Of a stretch of 26,659 nucleotides of DNA, positions 1-9,400 are shown in pieces (position 1 is the first letter of the stretch; each line of letters begins with the position of its first letter). The translations under genes were made by a program, and so were the position numbers. Below the pieces are notes generated by a model. That model did not search any database. It saw only the letters and a list, made by a program, of their open reading frames with translations, and had not been told where the DNA came from. The stretch is from Candidatus Hodarchaeum mangrovi (lineage in GTDB: Archaea > Asgardarchaeota > Heimdallarchaeia > Hodarchaeales > Hodarchaeaceae). Location: positions 1 to 26,659 of the forward strand of contig JAEOUE010000132.1 in assembly GCA_016839515.1 (NCBI GenBank). The letters run 5' to 3'.

Positions 1-1
1 A

Positions 2-310
2 TTTAATTGGTATGTCGTAAACGTGAATTTAAGTGATTCAATGTTTCGCCCTGATACTGCAAAGAATTTAACGATTATTGACTCTTTAGAGGTGTTTCTC
101 CATGTCTACGGAGTCTCAGGATCTGGAGCTGGAGTAAAGGTGTCATATGATGAGATTTCATTTGCTATTGATACAAGTCCTAATAAAACATCTGAAGGCT
201 CTCAAACTTCAGGTATTCCAGTTCTTTCTCCTAGTTTAGAAATAGAAATTACCCTTTTTTCGATGATCGTTTCAACTATCTTGTTATTAAGAGTCAGGAG
301 AAAAAAGTAA
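2..310 (+). CDS. C-terminal part of a secreted/surface protein with a CTERM-like membrane anchor (5' truncated by window edge)
   Basis: The frame is open from base 2 (FNWYVVNVNLSD...), so the GTG at 23 is probably internal. It ends in an S/T-rich linker, a hydrophobic helix and a basic tail (TSEGSQTSGIPVLSPSLEIEITLFSMIVSTILLLRVRRKK), the layout of archaeal C-terminal sorting signals. Confidence 0.65.
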   Translation, partial: FNWYVVNVNLSDSMFRPDTAKNLTIIDSLEVFLHVYGVSGSGAGVKVSYDEISFAIDTSPNKTSEGSQTSGIPVLSPSLEIEITLFSMIVSTILLLRVRRKK

Positions 311-650
311 TAAATCTCATCTAAAAATGTCCTCTTTACCATTTGGTGAATATCATATTCATTAAAACACAGCAACTCAAGATCACCTTATTACAGCCAG
401 ATCTAATCTTAGGAAATGATGTAAAATCATATCCAAAAACTGTTTCTTTCAAACGTCTTCAAACAAACCTTTGAATTTTGAAAGCTGGCTGTTGTCAAAT
501 GACACTATAAAGAGAGAAAACCGTACAGCTTGAGTTATATACAACAATTATTTCGCGAAATTTTATAGAATGTCATTTAACCAATTTTTAACGACACTGA
601 AAAGTCAGGTATAGTTGTAACAATTATAAAAATTATTTGTCGAAACCAAA

Positions 651-700
651 AAATATAAATGTTATCTCTAACAATATATGTTTGACCTCAAAAAAGGTCA
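651..700 (+). promoter_or_regulatory. Candidate TATA box with downstream palindromic operator(s) for the PadR-Hsp20 operon
   Basis: An A-rich BRE-like run is followed by ATATAAAT (653-660), then TGTTA-N4-TAACA (660-673) and TGACCT-N6-AGGTCA (683-700). Confidence 0.35.
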
Positions 701-730
701 TTAAAAACTCCTTTAAGTTTGGTATTTCTA

Positions 731-1204
731 ATGTTTGGTTGGATGTCTGAAGAACGTAACTCTATACTTCAATTGTTAATTTTAAGTACAATAGCTGAAG
801 AAGGGCATACTGCAGGTGAAGTTATTGACCTCTTGTCCAATTCATTTGGTGATCAATGGATCCCACGTCGAGGTTCAGTATACCCTGCCATAAAACAACT
901 TGAAAACAAAGGATATCTTAAAAAAAATGATGAAAGACCAATGAGAATTCGCCTTTCTTCTGAAGGATTGGAAAGATTTCCAAATCTAATTATTGATTTT
1001 CTAGATTATATTACAAAGTTTTTCGAATTTATTGATATCTTTCAAGAAAATCTTGCTGAAATGTCCACGATTGATCCTAATCTTCGAAAAAAATTTCTTG
1101 AAAATCTTCTTCAGCTCCTTAAGGCAAAGGTAGATTCATTTGAGACTTCTTTAATAGAATCTGAACTTGGAAAGTCCAGCTGGAAGGATGTTACAGTTAA
1201 ATAA
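731..1204 (+). CDS. PadR-family winged-helix transcriptional regulator
   Basis: LQLLILSTIAEEGHTAGEVI...WIPRRGSVYPAIKQLENKGYL...IRLSSEG matches the PadR pattern (GSxYPxLxxLExxG), followed by a helical C-terminus. The start may be TTG 719, ATG 731 or ATG 743. Confidence 0.85.
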   Translation: MFGWMSEERNSILQLLILSTIAEEGHTAGEVIDLLSNSFGDQWIPRRGSVYPAIKQLENKGYLKKNDERPMRIRLSSEGLERFPNLIIDFLDYITKFFEFIDIFQENLAEMSTIDPNLRKKFLENLLQLLKAKVDSFETSLIESELGKSSWKDVTVK

Positions 1205-1708
1205 GTGAATAAAATGAACCCAGATAAAATTGATATAGATGAAGAAGTAGAAATTGAATCCTGTTGTGGCGATGAAACTTCAAAGCATAGGATCATGAAA
1301 TACATTGGTGGTCCAGGCTCTAAACGGTTTTTTTCTCACCCTGGAAGACATATTTTTATTAAAAAATATGGTAAAGATGATAAAGAATTGTTATTCTCCC
1401 ATCGAGCTTTAATGATCCAATTTTTCGATGAGGATGAGAATAAAATTATGATAGTTTCTTTGCCTGGAATAAAGAAGGAAACACTATCAGTTAAGGCCAA
1501 AAAACGAGCAGTAATGATTGAAGGTACTTATATTGAAGAATTTCAAAAATTATTAGGTGAAACCTTTAATAAACGAATTCGAACACCCTTTGAGATTGAT
1601 CCTGAACAAATAGAAGCTCAATATACTGCAGGAATATTAAAATTAACATTCAAGGGAATTGAAGACCCTACTGTCGATATATCAGTCACATCAGAAGATG
1701 AGTATTGA
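1205..1708 (+). CDS. Hsp20/alpha-crystallin family small heat shock protein
   Basis: IMIVSLPGIKKETLSV, FNKRIRTPFEIDPEQIEAQYTAGILKLTFK (AxYxxGxLxl signature) and a C-terminal IxI-like VDISV. It abuts the PadR stop codon. Alternative start ATG 1214. Confidence 0.85.
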   Translation: MNKMNPDKIDIDEEVEIESCCGDETSKHRIMKYIGGPGSKRFFSHPGRHIFIKKYGKDDKELLFSHRALMIQFFDEDENKIMIVSLPGIKKETLSVKAKKRAVMIEGTYIEEFQKLLGETFNKRIRTPFEIDPEQIEAQYTAGILKLTFKGIEDPTVDISVTSEDEY

Positions 1709-1797
1709 GGAAAAGGCTTCCTGACTACTAACCCACGATTATTAGGCATGAGTTAGGTGGTTCAAGGAAGTTTTCCTCATTTCTTTTTTGTTTTTTA
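1706..1797 (+). terminator. Long imperfect stem-loop followed by a T-tract downstream of hsp20
   Basis: TGAGGAAAA (1706-1714) pairs with TTTTCCTCA (1771-1779), CTTCCT with AGGAAG, GACTAC with GTGGTT (two G-U pairs) and TAAC with GTTA. It is followed by TTTCTTTTTTGTTTTTT. Confidence 0.55.
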
Positions 1798-1914
1798 CCT
1801 ATTTAAATCCTTGGTTGGTTAACTTTTAGGAGATATTAACCACTATTCATTTAAGATCTCTAGAATCTTCTTGATTGAATGAAAAAATCTTTCAATATTT
1901 AATACTCTATTGGA

Positions 1915-2556
1915 TTGGATCCCATGCAATTAGAAAGAAAATTATTATTTTGGGTTGATAAGCTAAGAGATATTTCAGCTTATGGACTAAAATTTACAAC
2001 AAATTTCAATGATAAAGAAAATTATACAAAAATTCAAGAAATTGCCTTTGAGATGATTGTTCTTATTACAAATAATTTAAATAAAGGAATCAAACCACTA
2101 ATTTTTCCTTATCTTTCACGACCTGGGCCTTTGATCGGAGGTGATGGAGCAGTTATTAATTCCAAAGGAGAAATTTTATTGATTCAAAGAGCGGATAATC
2201 AAATGTGGGCTATGCCTGGAGGTCTATTGGAAGTGGGAGAAACTCCAGCAGAAGGTGTAATCAGGGAAATCTTTGAAGAAACTGGTATCGAATGTCAAGC
2301 TATTGAATTAATAGGAATTTTTGATTCGAGATTTTGGCAAACATCATTTCCTTTTCATATGTATCATCTTCTCTTTCTTTGTTCTCCCATTAAAAGTTCT
2401 CACGCTAGAACAGCTACACATGAACACGAGACTCTTACTATTGATTGGTTTAAAGAATCTTCTTTGCCTGAAAAAATTGATCTTGGCCACATTCTAAGAA
2501 TACCTAAAGCATTTCAAGTATGGAAAGGATATCAAAAAGCTTTTTTTGATCAATAA
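1915..2556 (+). CDS. Nudix hydrolase with N-terminal helical (Nudix_N-like) domain, ADP-ribose pyrophosphatase-like
   Basis: Complete Nudix box GGLLEVGETPAEGVIREIFEETGI. The N-terminal LRDISAYGLKFT..NDKENY segment is typical of this subfamily. The likely start is ATG 1924. Confidence 0.9.
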   Translation: MDPMQLERKLLFWVDKLRDISAYGLKFTTNFNDKENYTKIQEIAFEMIVLITNNLNKGIKPLIFPYLSRPGPLIGGDGAVINSKGEILLIQRADNQMWAMPGGLLEVGETPAEGVIREIFEETGIECQAIELIGIFDSRFWQTSFPFHMYHLLFLCSPIKSSHARTATHEHETLTIDWFKESSLPEKIDLGHILRIPKAFQVWKGYQKAFFDQ

Positions 2557-2561
2557 TTAAG

Positions 2562-3509
2562 TCAAAATTCCTTTCTATCCTGACTAAGAATTTTAATAAA
2601 TTGATGCTCAAATTTTAAAGGATCAACATCCATAGCGACTAGTGCATTGGGTTTCTTATTTTCTATTGATTTTGTCCATCCCGCCTGAGTGATTTTGTCT
2701 GTTATTACTTTTATATGGTGATTTTCGAGAGTGATAATCTCAGGATTTGTTAAAGCTACTGCTGCTAGTTCATCCCAGAAATAACTTTCATTTGGATTAA
2801 GTAATTGATATACTATCTCGAGTGACTTAGTCATTTTTAGTTTAGCTACTTTATTTCGAAATTCATGGGTATGTGGTACTTTATTGGTAGCATTCAAAGG
2901 TATTAAGATCTTTGGTATTTCTGATTTAAAAATAATGTTTGCAGCATGCGGATCTATAAAGAAATTCCATTCAGCAACGAAATTAGGAATTTTTGAATAT
3001 TCTGAGCCAACATTTCCAGGAATATTTATTGCACCACCCATGATAAAGAATCTCTCAATCAAATCGTTCATTTTTATTTGATCTTGAATAACTTGAGCTA
3101 AATTTGTTAGAGGGCCTAGGGCAACTAATGTAATCTTTTCTTTTGTAGATTTCCAAACAAAACTGATTAATTGGGATAAACTCAAATTAGAGGATTGTAA
3201 AGTTGTAGGTGGAAGCTTTATGCCATAAAATTGTGCACTTTTCTCCCTCCATTTTTTAGGAAATGTATGACCAACAACTAGGGGAGTTTTTTTTCCTGAT
3301 ACAACTGGAATTTTTTGTTTTTCCAAATAACTTAATAATCTAAGGATATTATTCACTCCTGCATCTATATAGGTTATTCCACATGAAATAGATATTCCAC
3401 GAATTTTAATTTCGGGATGTTTCAATAAATAGAGGAGTGCTCCAATATCATCATAACCTACATCTGTATCTATGATAATAGAGATTGATTCTGATTTTCT
3501 TCCAGTCAA
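2562..3509 (-). CDS. Nucleoside hydrolase (IU-NH fold), tryptophan-type active site
   Basis: N-terminal DxDxxxDD motif (IIIDTDVGYDD), plus LGPLTNLA, IMGGA, AEWNFFIDP and YFWDELAA. Confidence 0.92.
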   Translation of the reverse strand: MTGRKSESISIIIDTDVGYDDIGALLYLLKHPEIKIRGISISCGITYIDAGVNNILRLLSYLEKQKIPVVSGKKTPLVVGHTFPKKWREKSAQFYGIKLPPTTLQSSNLSLSQLISFVWKSTKEKITLVALGPLTNLAQVIQDQIKMNDLIERFFIMGGAINIPGNVGSEYSKIPNFVAEWNFFIDPHAANIIFKSEIPKILIPLNATNKVPHTHEFRNKVAKLKMTKSLEIVYQLLNPNESYFWDELAAVALTNPEIITLENHHIKVITDKITQAGWTKSIENKKPNALVAMDVDPLKFEHQFIKILSQDRKEF

Positions 3510-3627
3510 AATAGTTCTTAATGAGAGGTTCCACCTTCTTTTAAGGGATTTTTCATTCCGATCAAATTTTTTAAATGAGCTCAGTTTATTAATCTAAAAA
3601 GATAATTCCCAAGTTGTGGGTTGATTA

Positions 3628-4515
3628 TTGATAGTTCCTGTCAACATGCGAAAAGAATCATCTTTCTTAGGAAAAATTTTTCGTTTAACTGATCCTTTAC
3701 TCGCAAATCACTGTTATTTGGTGGAATCTGAATCAGCAAAAGAAATTTTGACTAATCATTTACTTGTTGGCACTCCTCTCGTTCAGAAATCTCATCAAGC
3801 TGTTAAAGATTGTTTGAAAGCTTATTCTCATCTCTTGTCATACTCTTCCTCAGCTTATCGGATAGCTGAGGTTGTACCACTCTCAGGAGCATTAACCTAT
3901 GATCTTTTAAATGCCTATTATGAACAATTCCAGCAGACTATAAATCGGTGCTTCATTGGAATCAGACGATTTCAAAAACCTGATGGCAGTTGGGATACTC
4001 AAGCCTCCTACTCGAATTTTGAGGGCCTCTCTGAAGAAACAAACCTCGTCTTTATTGGAGATACAATAGCTACTGGAGTAACTATGACAAGAGTTATTCA
4101 AATGATTCAAGCCCATATTCAAAGTCCAGTCCATTTTGTAATTATTTCTATTGCTGGATCTCTCATTGGTGCTCAACGGATTATCAGACTTGAAAAGTCC
4201 CTTCAATCATCTTTTCCAGGAACCACAATCCATTGCTTTTTTACCCAAGCTTTTTTCGGTTTGGAGGCGAATGGGACAGATATGCCAATTTTACACCCTG
4301 ATACAGTCACAACAAAAGAGTTTAAAGATTATACTCGATCAAAAATAGGAGATTACCTAGGAAGAAACCTCTGTTCCGTATTGGACTGGGGAAAAAGAAC
4401 AAACAGTCCTCAAAAACACCTAGAAGAGCTTTCTCATGTTCTTTTTCATCTTCAGAAACAAAATAAAGAGGATCCCTTTATAAAAAATATGCTTTCTCAG
4501 TTAAAATCTGAATGA
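3628..4515 (+). CDS. Type I phosphoribosyltransferase, divergent uracil-PRTase-like
   Basis: PRPP-binding loop LVFIGDTIATGVT. EVVPLSGAL, CFIGIRRFQ and LDWGKR parallel the UPRT motifs VPILRAGL, GHIGLYRD and GDAGDR. The likely start is ATG 3646. Confidence 0.7.
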   Translation: MIVPVNMRKESSFLGKIFRLTDPLLANHCYLVESESAKEILTNHLLVGTPLVQKSHQAVKDCLKAYSHLLSYSSSAYRIAEVVPLSGALTYDLLNAYYEQFQQTINRCFIGIRRFQKPDGSWDTQASYSNFEGLSEETNLVFIGDTIATGVTMTRVIQMIQAHIQSPVHFVIISIAGSLIGAQRIIRLEKSLQSSFPGTTIHCFFTQAFFGLEANGTDMPILHPDTVTTKEFKDYTRSKIGDYLGRNLCSVLDWGKRTNSPQKHLEELSHVLFHLQKQNKEDPFIKNMLSQLKSE

Positions 4516-4526
4516 TAGCTAGAGAC

Positions 4527-5237
4527 CTACCATGGAATAAGATTTCCCTGCCAATCAAGGAATGACCCACTCATTGCCAAAGTTGCATTTTCAATTATGT
4601 GAAGCATTCCCTTTATTGAATCGGGAGAGCGTACTGGAGCCTGATCTGTTCCCATGTCTGTTTTCACCCATCCTTGATGCAACAGAAAAAGGATAACATT
4701 ATCTCGCTTTACATGTGCTGCCAGTCTCTTACCAAACATATTCAATGCAGTTTTACTAGCATCATAACTATATGTGCTTGTACCCTCTTTCTGACTAATA
4801 CTTCCTCGACGACTTGAGATGAACACTAATTTTGGCTGATTGCCGTTTTTAACTAAAGGATAGAATTTTTCTGTCACCAAGAGGGGAGCAATAGCATTTA
4901 CCTGAAATACTCGAACAATATCTTCAGTAAAAAACTCTCCAAATGCATGATAACGCCTAATGCTTCCTGAAATTATCCCAGCATTGTTTATAAGTAAATC
5001 AATTCTTGAAAATAAACTAGATATTTGTTTGTAGGCCAATTCAATCGAATGGTAATCTATTACATCAAGAGGAACAATTTGAAAGCTATTGTTATGTGTT
5101 TCCTTCAATGATTGCAAGTTTAAAGCATTAACTGGTTCACGACATGTTGTAATGACCTCTTCACCTTGTACTAAACACTGTTTAGTGAATTCGAATCCTA
5201 ACCCTCTATTCGCACCTGTTATCACGACTTTCATCAT
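4527..5237 (-). CDS. Short-chain dehydrogenase/reductase (CsgA/C-factor-like)
   Basis: TGANRGLG cofactor motif, INNAG, catalytic YDASK and LHQGWVKTDMG. Confidence 0.92.
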   Translation of the reverse strand: MMKVVITGANRGLGFEFTKQCLVQGEEVITTCREPVNALNLQSLKETHNNSFQIVPLDVIDYHSIELAYKQISSLFSRIDLLINNAGIISGSIRRYHAFGEFFTEDIVRVFQVNAIAPLLVTEKFYPLVKNGNQPKLVFISSRRGSISQKEGTSTYSYDASKTALNMFGKRLAAHVKRDNVILFLLHQGWVKTDMGTDQAPVRSPDSIKGMLHIIENATLAMSGSFLDWQGNLIPW

Positions 5238-5378
5238 AGTTTTCTACCTTCCTATTAATCAGACTTTTTGATCTATTCTTTTAACAGCATTACTCTCTTT
5301 ATTCAGAATTCATTCTTACCAGTAACAGATTCCTTTTAATGTATCCAGTTCCAACTATTCCAAAATAATGGTGAAATC

Positions 5379-6161
5379 ATGGTGAAAAAGGAAATTGAAT
5401 TGAAGAATGCTTCTAACGAAGATGCAGAGATACTCGCTAACCTTTCAAAAAGAGCTTTTGAAACTGACATCATTGTAGGCTCTCCTTTTAAAGAAGGAGG
5501 ACCTCCTGGATATGATTCCCCACAATTCCAAATATTTATGATGAAACATCTAACTTACCAAAAAATTTTCTTTAATGATCAAATTGTTGGAGGAGTAGCT
5601 TATAACTCAAAAAAAAGTAATCATTTCATCCTAGAGCGTATTTTTATCGATCCACAGTTTCATAACCGCGGAATCGCAACTGAAGCGATGAATATATTAT
5701 TCACTGAATATCCAAATGTAGTTTGGACACTTGGTACACCTGAATGGAACGTGCGAACTAAGCATTTCTATGAGAAAATTGGTTTTTATCAAGTTGGATG
5801 GGAAGATATGGAAGAAGCTTGGAGAGGCAGATGGTACCAAAGAGATTCCAAGGGAGTAGAAATCATCCAGAACATTGCTGACTTAGAAGATGGTATGAAC
5901 GAGGTTGTTGTGGTTGGAAATGTCATTAATATCTCTCCAATTCGAAAAGTTCAACGAAAAAGGGATGGAAAGGAACTCACTGTTACAACCGCATTACTTC
6001 AAGATAAAACAGGGCAGATCAAGCTGACCCTTTGGAAAGAACAAATATCCAAAGTCAAACCTAATGAAAAGATACGAATTGAATTTGGTTATGTCAATTC
6101 ATATAATAATATTCTCCAACTGAACCTTGGTTTTGGAGGAAGAATTATCAAATTCAAGTGA
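5379..6161 (+). CDS. GNAT acetyltransferase fused to a C-terminal SSB/RPA-like OB-fold domain
   Basis: GNAT motif A RIFIDPQFHNRGIAT and TKHFYEKIGF. The C-terminal ~100 aa (from ~5862) IADLEDGMNEVVVVGNV...LQDKTGQIKLTLW...GYVNSYNNILQLNLG resemble a single-OB archaeal SSB. SD-like GGTGA upstream. Confidence 0.8.
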   Translation: MVKKEIELKNASNEDAEILANLSKRAFETDIIVGSPFKEGGPPGYDSPQFQIFMMKHLTYQKIFFNDQIVGGVAYNSKKSNHFILERIFIDPQFHNRGIATEAMNILFTEYPNVVWTLGTPEWNVRTKHFYEKIGFYQVGWEDMEEAWRGRWYQRDSKGVEIIQNIADLEDGMNEVVVVGNVINISPIRKVQRKRDGKELTVTTALLQDKTGQIKLTLWKEQISKVKPNEKIRIEFGYVNSYNNILQLNLGFGGRIIKFK

Positions 6162-6191
6162 CACACAGTAATGAAGAGGATCCTAAAGAGA

Positions 6192-6302
6192 TTAACCTGT
6201 TCGGGGTAAATCTAATTGGATTATTTTGGCCTGTTCCTTGAGAGAGGGTTGAAAATGCTTTTCTGCTTTTTTCTTCTTTTTCTGAAGGTTCTTTTTTCCC
6301 AT
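6192..6302 (-). CDS. Possible 36-aa lysine-rich small protein (below the ORF-track cutoff)
   Basis: Manual translation gives MGKKNLQKKKKKAEKHFQPSLKEQAKIIQLDLPRTG*, within an otherwise empty ~300-bp gap. No homology recognised. Confidence 0.25.
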   Translation of the reverse strand: MGKKNLQKKKKKAEKHFQPSLKEQAKIIQLDLPRTG

Positions 6303-6467
6303 TATATATCTTGTATTATCCCTGACAATCTTTCCTTCATAAACTTATCTTTTTCAATAAGATTAAAATAAAAATTTGTCTATTTTTTCCTCAATCGTGT
6401 TCAAGTTTGAGAAACAAAAACAAAATTACTTGGGCACGTATAAAACCTTTAATAAATGTCTAATAAC

Positions 6468-9400
6468 TCATTTTGGGACTAAGATATCTTTTCGATTATT
6501 CCAAAACAATTCCAAGGTAACGTGCTGCTCTTCTAATTCAGGAGGAATCAGATTCTCGTAAGCACGATCAAGAAGTTTACAATATTCTTCTGCATCATAA
6601 CGTTCATCTCCACGGAGAAGCTGTTTGATTTTGACACGCCTCATTGGATCCTGAGCATTGACATCTGTTAGAATAAAATCAACCTTCATTCCTGGCTCGA
6701 CATTGACTCCAAGATTCGAGAACTGTTTTGCTGCAATAGCCTGACGACTCTTGTTGACATATTCGTCTGGAGAACGGGAGGTATGAATTGTGATCATTAA
6801 TTCAGACAAAGCAACATCTTCTTGCTTCAAACGGTCTTTATACTTAATTAACAGTTTTTTCGCTTTGAAAACCCGTTGCTTGAATTGGGCCTGTGTTCGA
6901 GCGCTGGCAAGAAACTTAAGTACTTGAGTTTGAAAGTCTTTGATGATCAGTGGAGCTGAAGATTGCCTAATTTCAATACCCCGTACTTTAAATGTTCCAT
7001 CCTTCCTTAAACCATAGTACCTATTCAATACCCCAATCGCAGGATCATGTCGTCGGGGAAGAAAAACAATCCAGTGATAATCGGCTGCATGCTCGACTGG
7101 CAAACGAACCGTTTGTTCAATCTGTTCACGTAGTTGCGAAATGGTCACAGAATCAATCGGAATGGAATCATCCTCTCGTTTGACCCAAATCGAGTCTACA
7201 ATGCCTGCAATGACTTTTAAATTATTTTTTGCCACCAAATGCTGTGTTTGTGTCAAGGCATCGCGACCATAGGCACTTATTGCTTCATGGGCCTCTATTC
7301 TTCCAAATCGAGCGTTTCTATAACCTTGATAACCAAAACAATTGTGAGATAATATGCCTCCTGTTCCTGCAATAAAACTGTGTATGTCATTCTTCACCGA
7401 AAAGCAATAAACGTATTTGTCTCGCGCAGGAACGAGTTCTATATCTCTGACCCTAGCGAAGCCTAGATCGCTCTTAATCAGTCGTTCCAATCCCTCAAGT
7501 TGTCTATATTCGTTACTAGACAATCTATCACTCCTTCCTTTGATATTTTCAAGCTGCATCTGTGCAATTTCGCGAGGTACACGGGTGCGATCGGAGACTC
7601 GAGGGGTTCGTGAAGTTCGAACCTTTTGGGTGAGTTTCAAAAGCAAAGATTCCTTGACAGGTATGTCATACGCAATCTTACGAACTACACTACCTCTGGC
7701 AATTCGTTGTTTGATCTTGACACAGTCTACTTGCTTCAGATGAATTTTTTCAAATAACCTTTCAAGAGTATCTTGTCCAGAGAAAAGTAGCATATACATT
7801 GGAGAACCTTTTCGTGGAATGCTTTTCCGGAAGACTGTATAGAGATTTGCACGAGCTGCTAAGTATGCCAGCTCTTCAATAAAGGAAGAATCCCGACTTG
7901 AAATTCTGACATAATTACGCTTTGTACCTATATCGCCATCACTCGCAATCAAGCCTGCAATGAACCCGAGAACCACCTCTTCTGGACCATTCAAAATACT
8001 TGCAGGAACTGTATGTTTTCCACTCTTACGATTTCTGGGAATCCCAAAGACATTATTGAGAATCCAAACAAGTGCAGTAGAGTTTATTTGCAATGTAAAC
8101 ATTGCTGTATATGATTCCTTACGGTTAGAAATCTGAAGCTTAAATCGACGTATGAAAAACTGATCAAACCAATTGACTAAATCAATATCAGCGGCATTGA
8201 CAGATAATCGAATGAACGATTGTCGAGCATTCCCATCACCGATAAAATAACCTAAAAAAAAGGCTAAATCCGCATCAAGGGTGTAATGTGCTGGAATCCA
8301 AAATATTTTGCCACCAACCCGCCTTCCATGGCCCACAGAGAGTTTGTTCCAAAGTTGCATTGGAAAATTGAGGATGTCAAAATATCGAAGTGGAATAAAT
8401 CCATCTAGTAGCCAAGAGCGTATTGCACCAGCGCTATGAAACCCTTTCATAGCAGCTTCGATTTCTGACCTTTTTGATTGAATATAAGGAATCAATTCTC
8501 TTCCTTGAATTCGCCATTTGTCGAATTCGCTGGGGGGTAGTAATTCTAATAAGACAGAGATGACATTAAATTCTAGCCACGGATCAACACTAGGTAATGA
8601 AAAGAGAACAGGAAGAAAATCCCCTTTCTTAAGGGTTGCAGCACTTCTTTTGCTCAAAATACCTCGATCCAAGATAAAACAGGTGTGGTCACCCGTAACA
8701 GTGAATTCTCTTCCTGTATCCAAGTGAATCCTATAAAGATTAGAAGGCGAAGGAACACGAATAACATCTTCAACAGGGTTAAGAACCATCTTATAATCTT
8801 TGTCAACACCGACAACAGCAGTTCCCTCGAAATCAGTACTGTCTGTTATAATCTCATCAATATAAGACCCAATCCTGACTAGCCTGAGTTTGCTCTTCGA
8901 ATAAATTGGAAGAATGGTATTCGAATCAAAGCATGTTACTAAAAGCCACTTCAGCACCTTTTGCCGTCTATCATAGCGTTGATGCTCCCTTTTTTTCGAT
9001 TTAAAGTAAGCACGACGATTGAGAATATTCTCCAAGGCCAGACTCACCAACCCAGGCCGTCGCACACAAATCGTGTGATCAGTCAAGGGAACTGGCTCTG
9101 CTTCTTCTTGACAACAGCTGCAATTAACCGTTTCAGGACTAACATTCCTATGTACCATGATGTTAGGATACATTGACAAGAAGTCATATTCAGTAACATT
9201 CAGATGGAGCCCCACATCGGGAGAGAAGACTAATCCGCCAACATCTGACGCCAATGACCAAGCAGGACGAAAATGTTCAGCATCTGCTTTTCGGGCAGGG
9301 ATCAAGATATGTTGGTAATAAGCGGTTCGCATCTGAACTGCTGTTAGAGTAGTCCCTATTGTTCCACGAGCAATACGTTGTGGGTTACTACACCCTAATC

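Noticed and set aside
1202-1207. PadR-Hsp20 fusion by readthrough (TAA directly followed by in-frame GTG)
   Set aside because: Both proteins look complete and have normal lengths, and abutting stop/start codons are common in operons.
1706-1779. SECIS element with UGA readthrough after hsp20 (eukaryote-like SECIS elements are reported in some Asgards)
   Set aside because: No AUGA/GA kink-turn core on opposing arms of the stem, and the Hsp20 protein is already complete at the TGA.
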